Below, piece by piece: positions 1-7,682 of a stretch of 45,936 bases of DNA. The notes beneath the pieces are model-generated. The model ran no database searches and was not told the origin of the DNA. It was given only the letters and a program-made list of their open reading frames with translations. The translations under genes and the position numbers were made by a program. Location of the stretch: the IMG/VR virus record IMGVR_UViG_3300032144_000021, positions 1-45,936 of that record, one strand, 5' to 3'. Within the stretch, counting starts at the first letter, position 1. Each line of letters opens with the position of its first letter. The DNA is from a virus.

Positions 1-127
1 ATGATGGCATTGCGCTGGGCTTCGTAGACATTGATGCAGCCAGCGAAGGCCGTGTCTTTGAAAACCGATTCACCGTCGGCGGTGACATAGGACGCGTTCT
101 GAACGGGCGGGAACTCGTTGGGCTGAT
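1..127. repeat. Terminal overlap, identical to 45810-45936 (circular assembly closure)
   Basis: Direct letter-by-letter comparison of both ends (atgatggcattgcgctgggcttcgtagac...ggctgat). Confidence 0.9.
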
Positions 128-1256
128 AGTTGTTGTTCGGGTCGATGTAAGACCCACGGACGCCGTTCCAGCGATCCTTGTACGAGTACGCGGTGGTGAC
201 GTCCACGCCGGCGTCGACGATGTTGGCATCGCCGATGACGAAGGAAGTCGCCTCCCATGCTCCGGCGCGGATCCGCCATTTCCCGCCGCTGTACATGCAG
301 GAGCCGAGCATGCAGGCCACCAGCGCCTCGATGTTCTGCTCGTAGGGCGTCGTGGCCAGCAGTGCGATGTTGCAGGTGTAGCGCTTCTGCGTGCTGGCGG
401 TGGGGACGGCGACGAGCTCGTCGCAGATATCGGCCGCGTCCTCGACCATCGTCCAGTCGATGCGGGAGGCGGCCTCGGCGAGGCCCAGGCTGGTGTCCGT
501 GATGTAGTCAGCCAGGCACAGCGCGGGATTCGCGGTGTAGGCGATGTAAGCGGGATTGGTGGGGTTCGCGCCAGGTGATACGTCCAGGCGCGGGTCGTAA
601 CACTTCTTCCCCTGGACGAGAACGGACACGGTCGGCTTGCCCGTCTTGTACACCGCCTCGTCGTACTCGAGCTGATAGGCGACGTACGCCACGCCGCGGC
701 CGCGGTGATTGGTGGTCCAGATGGAAAGAGCGTTGTCCAGAATCCAGTCGACCGTCTGGCCGGAGGTGCCCATGTAGCGCCGCACCCAGGCCTTGTTTGC
801 AAAGGTCCCGGTCGTGACCTTGCCATCGTTGGCCGTGCCGGTGATCGAGCTGATGGTGCCGAGCTGCTCCTGGTCGAACCATACGCTGGTGATGGCGTTG
901 ACTTCGTGGCCAGCGACCACCAGCGCGCCGTGCAAGAACTTGTTGTTCGTGCCGGTGGTGACGGGCGGCAGGACGTGCATGCCGCTGCACTTCAGCTCCC
1001 CGTACATGATCCGGCGCGGCTCGATGGTGCCGGAGTACTCGACGTCGATCGCCGGCCGGGCGCCGCGGCTGGATCCGGAAAGCTGGGCGGAGACGCCATT
1101 GATGAAGGCGCTGAGGGCGAGCGCGTTCACCGCCGTGTACAGACCTGCGGCGCTCGCCATCAGGCCGAGGCCTGCCGGGCCCAGGAGCAACCCCGCGGCG
1201 CCGCCGGTGGCCACGATCGCCGCCGCGATCACCACGCCCTTGATGACCTTAGACAC
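1..1256 (-). CDS. Host-specificity / central tail-tip protein (lambda J-like), N-terminal 418 codons; continues in frame across the circular junction into 43853-45809
   Basis: Absent from the ORF track because it runs off the left edge. My minus-strand translation from GTG 1256 reads MSKVIKGVVIAAAIVATGG...IEPRRIMYGELKCSGMHVLPP...HRGRGVAYVAYQLEYDEAVYKTGKPTVSVLVQGKKCYDPR. The GTG overlaps the upstream stop by 8 nt. The frame joins exactly to the MLVRKS... ORF. Confidence 0.75.
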   Translation of the reverse strand, partial: MSKVIKGVVIAAAIVATGGAAGLLLGPAGLGLMASAAGLYTAVNALALSAFINGVSAQLSGSSRGARPAIDVEYSGTIEPRRIMYGELKCSGMHVLPPVTTGTNNKFLHGALVVAGHEVNAITSVWFDQEQLGTISSITGTANDGKVTTGTFANKAWVRRYMGTSGQTVDWILDNALSIWTTNHRGRGVAYVAYQLEYDEAVYKTGKPTVSVLVQGKKCYDPRLDVSPGANPTNPAYIAYTANPALCLADYITDTSLGLAEAASRIDWTMVEDAADICDELVAVPTASTQKRYTCNIALLATTPYEQNIEALVACMLGSCMYSGGKWRIRAGAWEATSFVIGDANIVDAGVDVTTAYSYKDRWNGVRGSYIDPNNNYQPNEFPPVQNASYVTADGESVFKDTAFAGCINVYEAQRNAI

Positions 1257-1662
1257 GCCACACCATGCGGATCAGGTCCGGAGTGCGGGGGATCTCACGC
1301 AGGCCTTCGGGACCCATGGCGAAGATGCGGGCACCGAGGCAGATCCCGACCGCGTCAGCTTCGCCGCCGTGGAACAGCACCACGTCGCCACGCTCCGGCC
1401 GGCCGTCATGCGGATCACCCATGAAATAGGTCACGGCGCCGGCGAGGCCTCCGTGGCTTGCGATCAGCCGCAGCGCACTCGCCTCGTCCGAGTACTGTTC
1501 GAGGATCAGGTAGGTCCGCGCGTTGTCCGTCATGCGGTCCACTGCGCGCGACACGAACAGGCAGCAATCGTTCTGTCCCCAGACGAACGGCCGCGAGCGG
1601 TGTTCCTCGATCACGTCGAAGAGGCGCGATGCCCAGTCGTGGCGCCTCAATCTGGCACCCAT
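1249..1662 (-). CDS. Tail-tip assembly protein with papain/NlpC-P60-like Cys motif (lambda K / GTA g14 position)
   Basis: 137 aa with motif FVWGQNDCCLF and later GDVVLFHGGEADAVGICLG. It sits directly upstream of the J-like gene and overlaps both neighbours. Confidence 0.45.
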   Translation of the reverse strand: MGARLRRHDWASRLFDVIEEHRSRPFVWGQNDCCLFVSRAVDRMTDNARTYLILEQYSDEASALRLIASHGGLAGAVTYFMGDPHDGRPERGDVVLFHGGEADAVGICLGARIFAMGPEGLREIPRTPDLIRMVWRV

Positions 1663-2282
1663 ACGTAGCCTTGCCGGCCGCGGAAGTCGTAGTGGCCACC
1701 GCCCTTCAGGTCATTTGCGACACCCTTGGCGCCCCACGTTCCGCGGAAGCCTTGAATCTTTCCCTGCACATCGAAGAAGCGATCCCCGGAATAGCGCTTC
1801 TGCTGGTCGGCGTCGGTATACCGGGCAATGCACGGCTCCGCGCGCAGGCGGTGCTCGCAGTTGAGTGTGATTTCCCCGGTGGCCTGGCCGAGGGAGATGG
1901 ACATTTGATCCATCAGCCCGTCCCAAAGCGTCTCCGGCGTGTCGAACAGGACGTTCGTGTCAGGGTTGACCAGGCCGAAGTACAGCGTCGCCGACCGACC
2001 CTGGTACTCCTCGGTCATCGTGGTGGCGACCAGGCCGGAGTCCACCCCGGACAGTTTCATCTTCACGGGCTTGGCGATGACGTCGATCGTCTCCTCTGCG
2101 ACGTCGATCCCGCCGAAGCGGCCGACTCCGTCATAGGAGTTGCTCGCCCAGCTGAAGGTCCCGAGGCCGTCGTGCGCGCGGACGAAGCCACTCGCGAAGT
2201 CCAGGGCGCAGGCGATGAACAGCCGCAGCGTCGTTCGGGCGGATGCTGTCTCATTCGTCGCCGAAGCAAAGCGGCTGCTCAC
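1647..2282 (-). CDS. Minor tail protein (tail tip / hub component, lambda L position)
   Basis: 211 aa. The GTG start forms a GTGA overlap with the upstream stop. The assignment rests on synteny TMP-minor tail-minor tail-K-like-J-like; no motif was recognised with certainty. Confidence 0.45.
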   Translation of the reverse strand: MSSRFASATNETASARTTLRLFIACALDFASGFVRAHDGLGTFSWASNSYDGVGRFGGIDVAEETIDVIAKPVKMKLSGVDSGLVATTMTEEYQGRSATLYFGLVNPDTNVLFDTPETLWDGLMDQMSISLGQATGEITLNCEHRLRAEPCIARYTDADQQKRYSGDRFFDVQGKIQGFRGTWGAKGVANDLKGGGHYDFRGRQGYVWVPD

Positions 2283-3292
2283 CGGAAGTCCTCGACGAAG
2301 TCCAGCTGGATGTCGGAGAACTGGCCCGGCTTGTTGTCGATCTGCGTCGTGTCAGTGGTCAGCATGAACTTTGCGCGAGGCTGGTAGATGGCGACCGGCG
2401 CGTTATCCGCCGGCGCCGAGCTCAGGGCGGGCTCGAATACGAGCTGTCCCTGGCCGCTGCCGTTGGAGTTGAGGTTCATGACCAGACGCTTCACTTCCCA
2501 GCGCGTGGTGTAGACCGCCACCACATCGCCGGCGAGCAGCAGGCCCAAGGTGCTGGCCGGCAGCTGGTCGATCCACAGCGCGCTGCCGACCTGGCTCGCG
2601 CCATTGACCAGGGCGCAGCGCGAGAGGGACGGCTGCTCCAGTACGGTGAAATTGTCGGCCGCCCGTCCCGCGACATTGTCCTGGACGTTGGCGTACGCGG
2701 TGGTGGCGGTGGTGATGCCGCTGATCTGCTGGTATCCCGCGGCCGTGAAGGTGCTGGATCCGGCCATCTCGTTGCCGGTCGTAGTCGAGCCGATGCGCAG
2801 GGCGTAGGTGAGCGCGCCGCGGCCGGCCAGCATTCCCGCACGGAACAGCATGGCGACGCCGCTGGGCACCGTCGCCTGGGCGTAGGCGTGGCGGTTGGCT
2901 GCAACGGCAGTGCGCGACATCCGCATGCGACCACTGTCGGCGGACAGGACGAGCTCGGCATTCGTGCTGGTCCAGCCGGTGGTGCCGCCGCTGGGCGTGA
3001 AGTTCACATTCGACAGCAGCTCAGAGGCGGGGAAAGACCCGCGCAGGTTCGTGCCGAAGTCAGGGATCCAGACACTGCTGTAGCGGCCGTTAACGGCGGC
3101 GAGGAAGCCCAGCAGCCGATGCCGATCGACACGATTCTGATTCGTGAAGAACATCGAGCAGCCCATCCGAACACCCGGGCGCCCATAGACGCGGCTCGCA
3201 CCCACGAACGGGGAACCGAACATTCCGGCGTTGTCGATGACCTTCCAGCCTTGCGCCGCCGGCGCGATGTCCAATGGCCACGCGAGCTCCAT
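2279..3292 (-). CDS. Minor tail protein (distal tail protein position, lambda M-like)
   Basis: The track ORF 2279-3547 has an Arg/Trp-rich junk N-terminus. An internal ATG at 3292 (MELAWPLDIAPAAQGW...) forms an ATGA overlap with the tape-measure stop, giving 337 aa. Confidence 0.5.
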   Translation of the reverse strand: MELAWPLDIAPAAQGWKVIDNAGMFGSPFVGASRVYGRPGVRMGCSMFFTNQNRVDRHRLLGFLAAVNGRYSSVWIPDFGTNLRGSFPASELLSNVNFTPSGGTTGWTSTNAELVLSADSGRMRMSRTAVAANRHAYAQATVPSGVAMLFRAGMLAGRGALTYALRIGSTTTGNEMAGSSTFTAAGYQQISGITTATTAYANVQDNVAGRAADNFTVLEQPSLSRCALVNGASQVGSALWIDQLPASTLGLLLAGDVVAVYTTRWEVKRLVMNLNSNGSGQGQLVFEPALSSAPADNAPVAIYQPRAKFMLTTDTTQIDNKPGQFSDIQLDFVEDFR

Positions 3293-4707
3293 CAGAACCG
3301 CCGCCGACTTCTGTCGTCGTTGATCTGTGCGCGCGCCATCTGCACGGCACGCTGGTTGCTGGCGGCCAGGATGGCGGGAAGCGCAGCCGCCAGGTCCTGC
3401 GTGGCTCCGCGGGCGTCCACCTGGTTGGTGATATGCACGACGACGCCACCGCCGCCACCGCCGCCACCGCCGCCATAGCCCATTGCGAACGCACCAGGGC
3501 CGCCGCCCCAGATGGGCTCCGGCCCCCTCTCGCCGGCGACGTACCATTTCCCTTGCTGGAGCGGGCCGCCTTCGGCCTTGAAGCCGCCGAACAGCGATTC
3601 GAAGAAGTTACCGACCTTGCCGATGGTCCCGCTCTTGCCGAGCACGTCGAGCAGCTTCGACGCGGCCAGCTCCGCCATCATCCTGCGGATCGTCTCGACG
3701 AACCCGCGCAGCATGCCCTTGACGCCATCGCGGAACGGGTCGAATAGGAAATCGGCCAGCGCCGTCTGCATGTTGCGCGCGGCCTGTAACGCGAATTCGG
3801 ACAGGTTGTCGCGCCAGTCGGCGGTCTGTTCCTCGGACTGCTTCAGCCGCTTTTGGTAGTCCTCGAAGACCTTGTCGTAATACTCGCGCGCCTTCTGCTG
3901 GTCTTCGAAGTCGGTGTTTTCCTCGGCGTCGAGGATCGAGCCCTGTTCGGCGAGCTTCTCCGATGTCTTCTGAAGTTCCTTTAGCGAGTCGTTGTAGTCT
4001 TCGATCGCCTTCTTGTCTGCAGCCGCCTTGTCACCGAAGTTGTCAGCGAACTCCCGCATCCCGCGCAGGGCGCCCTCGGAGTCGATGGGCTGCAGGCCGT
4101 CGCCATTCAGCGCCATGCCGTACCGCATCTGCTGCTCAGCGATCTGGGCCTGCAGCTCGCGGTACTTCTTGCGGCCACTGTCTGACCGGTCGTTCTTGAA
4201 GAACTCGGCGCGTCCCTGCAGCTTCAGGATCTGGTTGTCGATGTCGACCAGCTCATTCCCGCCGCCGGTGGTCAGGATCTTCAGGCCGGCAGCAGTCTGC
4301 GCCAGCACGTTGACCAGCGCTGCGCCACCCCTCAGCAGCGTCGAGAACAGGGCATCCGCCGCGGACTGAACGGCCGGATCCTTGAGCGTCGCGGCCAGCG
4401 CCTTCATGGAGTCCGTCACCGCCGGCAGGCCCGACTTCGGAACCATCAGTTCCCGGGCCGCCTTTCGCACTTCCTCCAGCGACTTCGTGAACTCGCTGTT
4501 CTGGCCGGTGGCCTCAGCCGTGGCGTCCATCGCGCTGCGAAAGAGATTCTTCAGGCCCGCACCGGCCAGCACGCCCAGGGTCAGGTTGATGCCGCGAACG
4601 GTCGCTTTTACGCCGCCGTCGAGGGACTTGAAGTTCCGCTCGATCGACCGAATCGCGTCCTTCGTCGCGTCCTGCGCGGCAATGATGTAATTGGCTCGTG
4701 CGTTCAC
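3292..4707 (-). CDS. Tail tape measure protein (471 aa)
   Basis: Lies immediately downstream of the G/GT chaperone pair (GTGA overlap at 4704-4707). Long helical A/L/K/E/Q-rich sequence with a Gly10 run near the C-terminus. Confidence 0.8.
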   Translation of the reverse strand: MNARANYIIAAQDATKDAIRSIERNFKSLDGGVKATVRGINLTLGVLAGAGLKNLFRSAMDATAEATGQNSEFTKSLEEVRKAARELMVPKSGLPAVTDSMKALAATLKDPAVQSAADALFSTLLRGGAALVNVLAQTAAGLKILTTGGGNELVDIDNQILKLQGRAEFFKNDRSDSGRKKYRELQAQIAEQQMRYGMALNGDGLQPIDSEGALRGMREFADNFGDKAAADKKAIEDYNDSLKELQKTSEKLAEQGSILDAEENTDFEDQQKAREYYDKVFEDYQKRLKQSEEQTADWRDNLSEFALQAARNMQTALADFLFDPFRDGVKGMLRGFVETIRRMMAELAASKLLDVLGKSGTIGKVGNFFESLFGGFKAEGGPLQQGKWYVAGERGPEPIWGGGPGAFAMGYGGGGGGGGGGVVVHITNQVDARGATQDLAAALPAILAASNQRAVQMARAQINDDRSRRRF

Positions 4708-5347
4708 TTCTGATCCTCGGCAGGCGCGTTGACTGCCGCTCCAATGAGCCGCATGACGCGCAGGTAATAGGCGGGCTGGTCGGCGATGGCGCCCGACCCA
4801 AACAGGAAGCCGTTCTCGTAGTGGCGATACAGGTCAAGCCACTGCGCGGCCCACATTGGCGTTTCGCGCCGTGGGCATTGCTTGCTGTTCTCGAATATCC
4901 CAGCGAGCGTCCACCGCGGGTAAGGACTAACGCCGTCCACACATTTGCAGCTGTCGCAGTTCGTCCATTTCGGATCGACTACGACGTGGGCGGCGACTAG
5001 AATTTTTTTGCGTCTTCCTCCGACGGCTCCGCCCGGTTCAGAAGTTCCAGTGCGATGACGGTCAGCCACGCCTTCCAGGTGATGGACGGCGCGCCATCGA
5101 GCACTTCACGCAGGCGCGCGCGTGCAGCGCCGCGGCTGTTGACCGGATCCTGGCCGCCGCCCTTCCATCCGTTGACGTACTTCGAGGCGATGCGAAGGGC
5201 TGCTGTCGCCCCTTCCGGTCCTGATACCTGCGCGGCCGTGAGCTCAGTATCTCCGGCGAAGTCCAGCGGCCGAAGCGTGAAGATGACCGGATCGTCAGGG
5301 TCCGGCTGAATGGTCGGCGTGAACTCGAACGGCGCCAGCTGCTTCAT
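4704..5347 (-). CDS. Tail assembly chaperone fusion (gpGT-like) made by programmed -1 frameshift at 5003-5009
   Basis: The -1 frame stays open from the slip site to 4704 (KK-ILVAAHVVVDPKWTNCDSC...AEDQK). Its stop overlaps the tape-measure GTG. Confidence 0.7.
4997..5347 (-). CDS. Tail assembly chaperone (gpG-like), 116 aa
   Basis: Internal ATG at 5347 (MKQLAPFEFTPTIQ...) forms an ATGA overlap with the major tail stop. The upstream part of track ORF 4997-5692 is Arg-rich junk. The protein ends EEDAKKF* at the slippery A7 run. Confidence 0.75.
   Translation of the reverse strand: MKQLAPFEFTPTIQPDPDDPVIFTLRPLDFAGDTELTAAQVSGPEGATAALRIASKYVNGWKGGGQDPVNSRGAARARLREVLDGAPSITWKAWLTVIALELLNRAEPSEEDAKKF
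5003..5009 (-). promoter_or_regulatory. Slippery heptamer A_AAA_AAA for the G/GT -1 frameshift
   Basis: The minus strand reads GAC GCA AAA AAA TTC TAG. The heptamer is in the X_XXY_YYZ register of the G frame, two codons before the G stop. Confidence 0.7.
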
Positions 5348-6288
5348 GTGAAGGCCACCGACAGTTCCTGGTTCGGCGTGGAGTCGTCCACCGCCAGCTG
5401 CACTGTGCGCAGCGCCAGGCCATCCGCGTCGCCGCCTTCGGTGTCCTCGACGTACGTGGACGACGCCGGCGTCGTGATGGCGACACGGTTGCCGGCCACG
5501 CTGCCCAGCGTGCCGCTGGCGAATGCGAATCGGGTGCCGCCACTCAGCAGCGCGTCGATGTCGATGACCGAATCCAGCTCCGCCTCGATGACGATCTGGC
5601 CGCGGACGTCCCGGCCGGTCAGCAGAATCTCGCCGTAGCCGTCGGCGGCCGACAGGGAGGGCGGCATCGCGATGACGTTGTTCAGCCCCCACTCCCAGGA
5701 CTTCGCCACGATGGCGGTGACGCCATTGATCGCCACGGCCATCGACAGGCCGGCGCGCGGGACCGCGCTGTCATAGGACGGCGACGGGAGCGACTGGTCG
5801 GTGGGCTCACTGAAGTGGCCGACGAACTCAAAGATTGCCAGGAGGATCCCGCCAGCCTCGAGGCGAAACGTCACGTTGCCGCGGCAGCCGGTGAGGATGT
5901 GACGCTTCCGGCCGCCCTCGAAGTAGTAGAGGGTCACGGATTCGTGCGACGCGCTCTCCGGCGTGTAGGTCGCCGAGGTCGCGCCGACGATGGTCTCCTC
6001 CATGCCGCAGGCCTCGAGGAGCGGGCCGATCTCAGGCGCCGTGCCGGCGGATCCGGAGCCCTTCACCTCGCACTCGAAGGAGATCCGCTTCAGCTGGCCG
6101 CCGTAGACCTTCTGCAGCTTGCCGATGCTTGCCCGCACGGCGCCGCGATCGTTCATCCGCAGGCCTTCGGAGCGCATCTGGACGTTGCGGACCAGGATGG
6201 CGTCCGTGGTGGTCGGGGTCGGATCCGTGCCGTACGCCGACTCGGTCTTCGCGTAGATGACCTCGTTCGATTTTCTCAGTCCGCCCAT
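5344..6288 (-). CDS. Major tail (tube) protein, 314 aa
   Basis: Sits between the head-tail connector genes and the G/GT chaperones. The ATG at 6288 (MGGLRKSNEVIYAK...) is preceded by GGAGG at 6-nt spacing. The sequence is beta-rich. Confidence 0.65.
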   Translation of the reverse strand: MGGLRKSNEVIYAKTESAYGTDPTPTTTDAILVRNVQMRSEGLRMNDRGAVRASIGKLQKVYGGQLKRISFECEVKGSGSAGTAPEIGPLLEACGMEETIVGATSATYTPESASHESVTLYYFEGGRKRHILTGCRGNVTFRLEAGGILLAIFEFVGHFSEPTDQSLPSPSYDSAVPRAGLSMAVAINGVTAIVAKSWEWGLNNVIAMPPSLSAADGYGEILLTGRDVRGQIVIEAELDSVIDIDALLSGGTRFAFASGTLGSVAGNRVAITTPASSTYVEDTEGGDADGLALRTVQLAVDDSTPNQELSVAFT

Positions 6289-6300
6289 GGGCGCCTCCAG

Positions 6301-6329
6301 AAACGAAAACGGCCCGCGCATGGCGGGCC
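6301..6329 (-). terminator. Stem-loop plus U-tract (partial terminator or mRNA-stabilising hairpin) upstream of the major tail gene
   Basis: The minus strand reads GGCCCGC-CATGC-GCGGGCC followed by GTTTTCGTTT, inside the 69-nt gap 6289-6357. Confidence 0.4.
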
Positions 6330-6357
6330 AGGTGGTGGGTTCAGCGGTGGGCCCGGG

Positions 6358-6819
6358 CTATTCCGGGTCGTCGAGATCCATGCGGTACAGCACGCCGAAG
6401 CTGCAGGTCATACGCCCTGCCATCGGTGCGCCCAGCTCGGTGTATTCAGGCGCGCCGGCGCCGGCGTAGCGGATCCCGATGACGAATGGCAGCCCGAGAT
6501 CCCGTGGTGACTGCAGCATCGCCTTGTGCGTCGCGGAGCGCAGGCGCAGCAGCTCGGCGGCGATCTCCGCCTGAGTCGCGCCCTGGGCGTACAGCGTCAT
6601 GTCGATCATCGACAGGCTGTCGATGAACGCGAGGTTCGTGTAGCCGGTATCCGCCGGCGGCAGGTCCGGGCCCTGATTGATGCACACCGCGGACAGCTCC
6701 TGGTCCTCGCCAGAAAGCGAGAGCGTGCGGTGTTGGAACACGGCAGCAGCCAGGTCCGGCTGCGCCTCGACCAAGCTGGCCGCGGCCTGCAGGACCTGCT
6801 CAACGCGATGCGTGCCCAT
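6358..6819 (-). CDS. Head-tail connector / tail terminator-position protein, 153 aa
   Basis: Assigned by synteny only (between the head completion gene and the major tail gene). Its start overlaps the upstream stop by 1 nt (TGATG). Confidence 0.4.
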   Translation of the reverse strand: MGTHRVEQVLQAAASLVEAQPDLAAAVFQHRTLSLSGEDQELSAVCINQGPDLPPADTGYTNLAFIDSLSMIDMTLYAQGATQAEIAAELLRLRSATHKAMLQSPRDLGLPFVIGIRYAGAGAPEYTELGAPMAGRMTCSFGVLYRMDLDDPE

Positions 6820-7100
6820 CAGGTCCCCAGGATCAGACGCGACATGCCGGTGCCGTCCGGTTCATGTCGAATGACTTTGTAGGCATTGCCTTCGATGTCC
6901 GGGAACTGGGCGCCCTTCCGCGTCACGCTGCGCGCCTCGGCGTCCTCGGTAGCGCAAGTCAGGACGGGCTGGCGCGTCTCCGTGCCGAGCCCTTCCAGAT
7001 ACTCGTTGTCGAAGATCGCCAGCAGCTGGCCGGCCGCCGTTGAATAGTCCTTGCCGCCCAGGGCGCGAATGGACGTACGGCGGTCGGCCAGCGATTCCAT
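6819..7100 (-). CDS. Head-tail joining / head completion protein, 93 aa
   Basis: Internal ATG at 7100 (MESLADRRTSIRALGGKDY...) forms an ATGA overlap with the upstream stop. The longer track ORF N-terminus is Arg/His junk. Confidence 0.45.
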   Translation of the reverse strand: MESLADRRTSIRALGGKDYSTAAGQLLAIFDNEYLEGLGTETRQPVLTCATEDAEARSVTRKGAQFPDIEGNAYKVIRHEPDGTGMSRLILGT

Positions 7101-7480
7101 CAGACGATCTTCTTCTTGCCCGAAGCAACGACGCTGAGCAGCACCGGGCCGGTCACGATCGTGCCCACGAACCCGAGGAAGCCGCCCACCACCGCCTTCG
7201 GGTCGACGACGATCTTCGTGGTGGAGTTTGCACCGGTGGTGCCGAACGTCGCGCCGGTGATGTCCGCCGCGCCGGTGCCGTTGGCATCGGTTGCGGACTG
7301 AAGCTTGCCGGCGATGGTTCCAGTCACGGCACCCAGGTCCAGGGTCACCATGATCTCGCCATCGTAGGGACGCACGTCCAGCCACATCGCGCTGCCGCTG
7401 GTGGCGGCGGCCGTGTTGGCTGCGGAAACGGAACGAAGCAGCGACGTCGAGGTCGCTGCAGAAGCCTGGCTGTTCAGCAT
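7100..7480 (-). CDS. Hypothetical head-associated protein (possible decoration protein), 126 aa
   Basis: AGGAG lies 8 nt upstream of the ATG. The S/T/A/G-rich beta-type sequence sits two genes downstream of the capsid gene. Confidence 0.5.
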   Translation of the reverse strand: MLNSQASAATSTSLLRSVSAANTAAATSGSAMWLDVRPYDGEIMVTLDLGAVTGTIAGKLQSATDANGTGAADITGATFGTTGANSTTKIVVDPKAVVGGFLGFVGTIVTGPVLLSVVASGKKKIV

Positions 7481-7481
7481 C

Positions 7482-7682
7482 TCATTTCTCCTTTTTGCCG
7501 GACTTGGCCGGCGCGGAAGTTGGTTGTTCGGTCTCGGCAGGGGGCGGATCGCTGGGAACGTCTTCCACCGCGCCGATGCTTTTCAGGAACTGGGTTGTCG
7601 CGGGTTCCAGGTCCGCCTCGTCGCCAACCGCCAGATGACGGTTGACGCCGATGCAAACCCCGCGCAGCGCGCGGACCTTCAT
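7482..7682 (-). CDS. Hypothetical protein, 66 aa
   Basis: Internal ATG at 7682 (MKVRALRGVCIGV...) overlaps the capsid stop (TAATG). The C-terminus is a Pro/Lys-rich tail. Confidence 0.5.
   Translation of the reverse strand: MKVRALRGVCIGVNRHLAVGDEADLEPATTQFLKSIGAVEDVPSDPPPAETEQPTSAPAKSGKKEK

Noticed and set aside
3440-3476. GCC/ACC-rich repeat (Gly10 in the tape measure) as a slippage or phase-variation site
   Set aside because: The triplet repeat keeps the frame and Gly runs are common in tape measure proteins, so there is no evidence of regulatory use.
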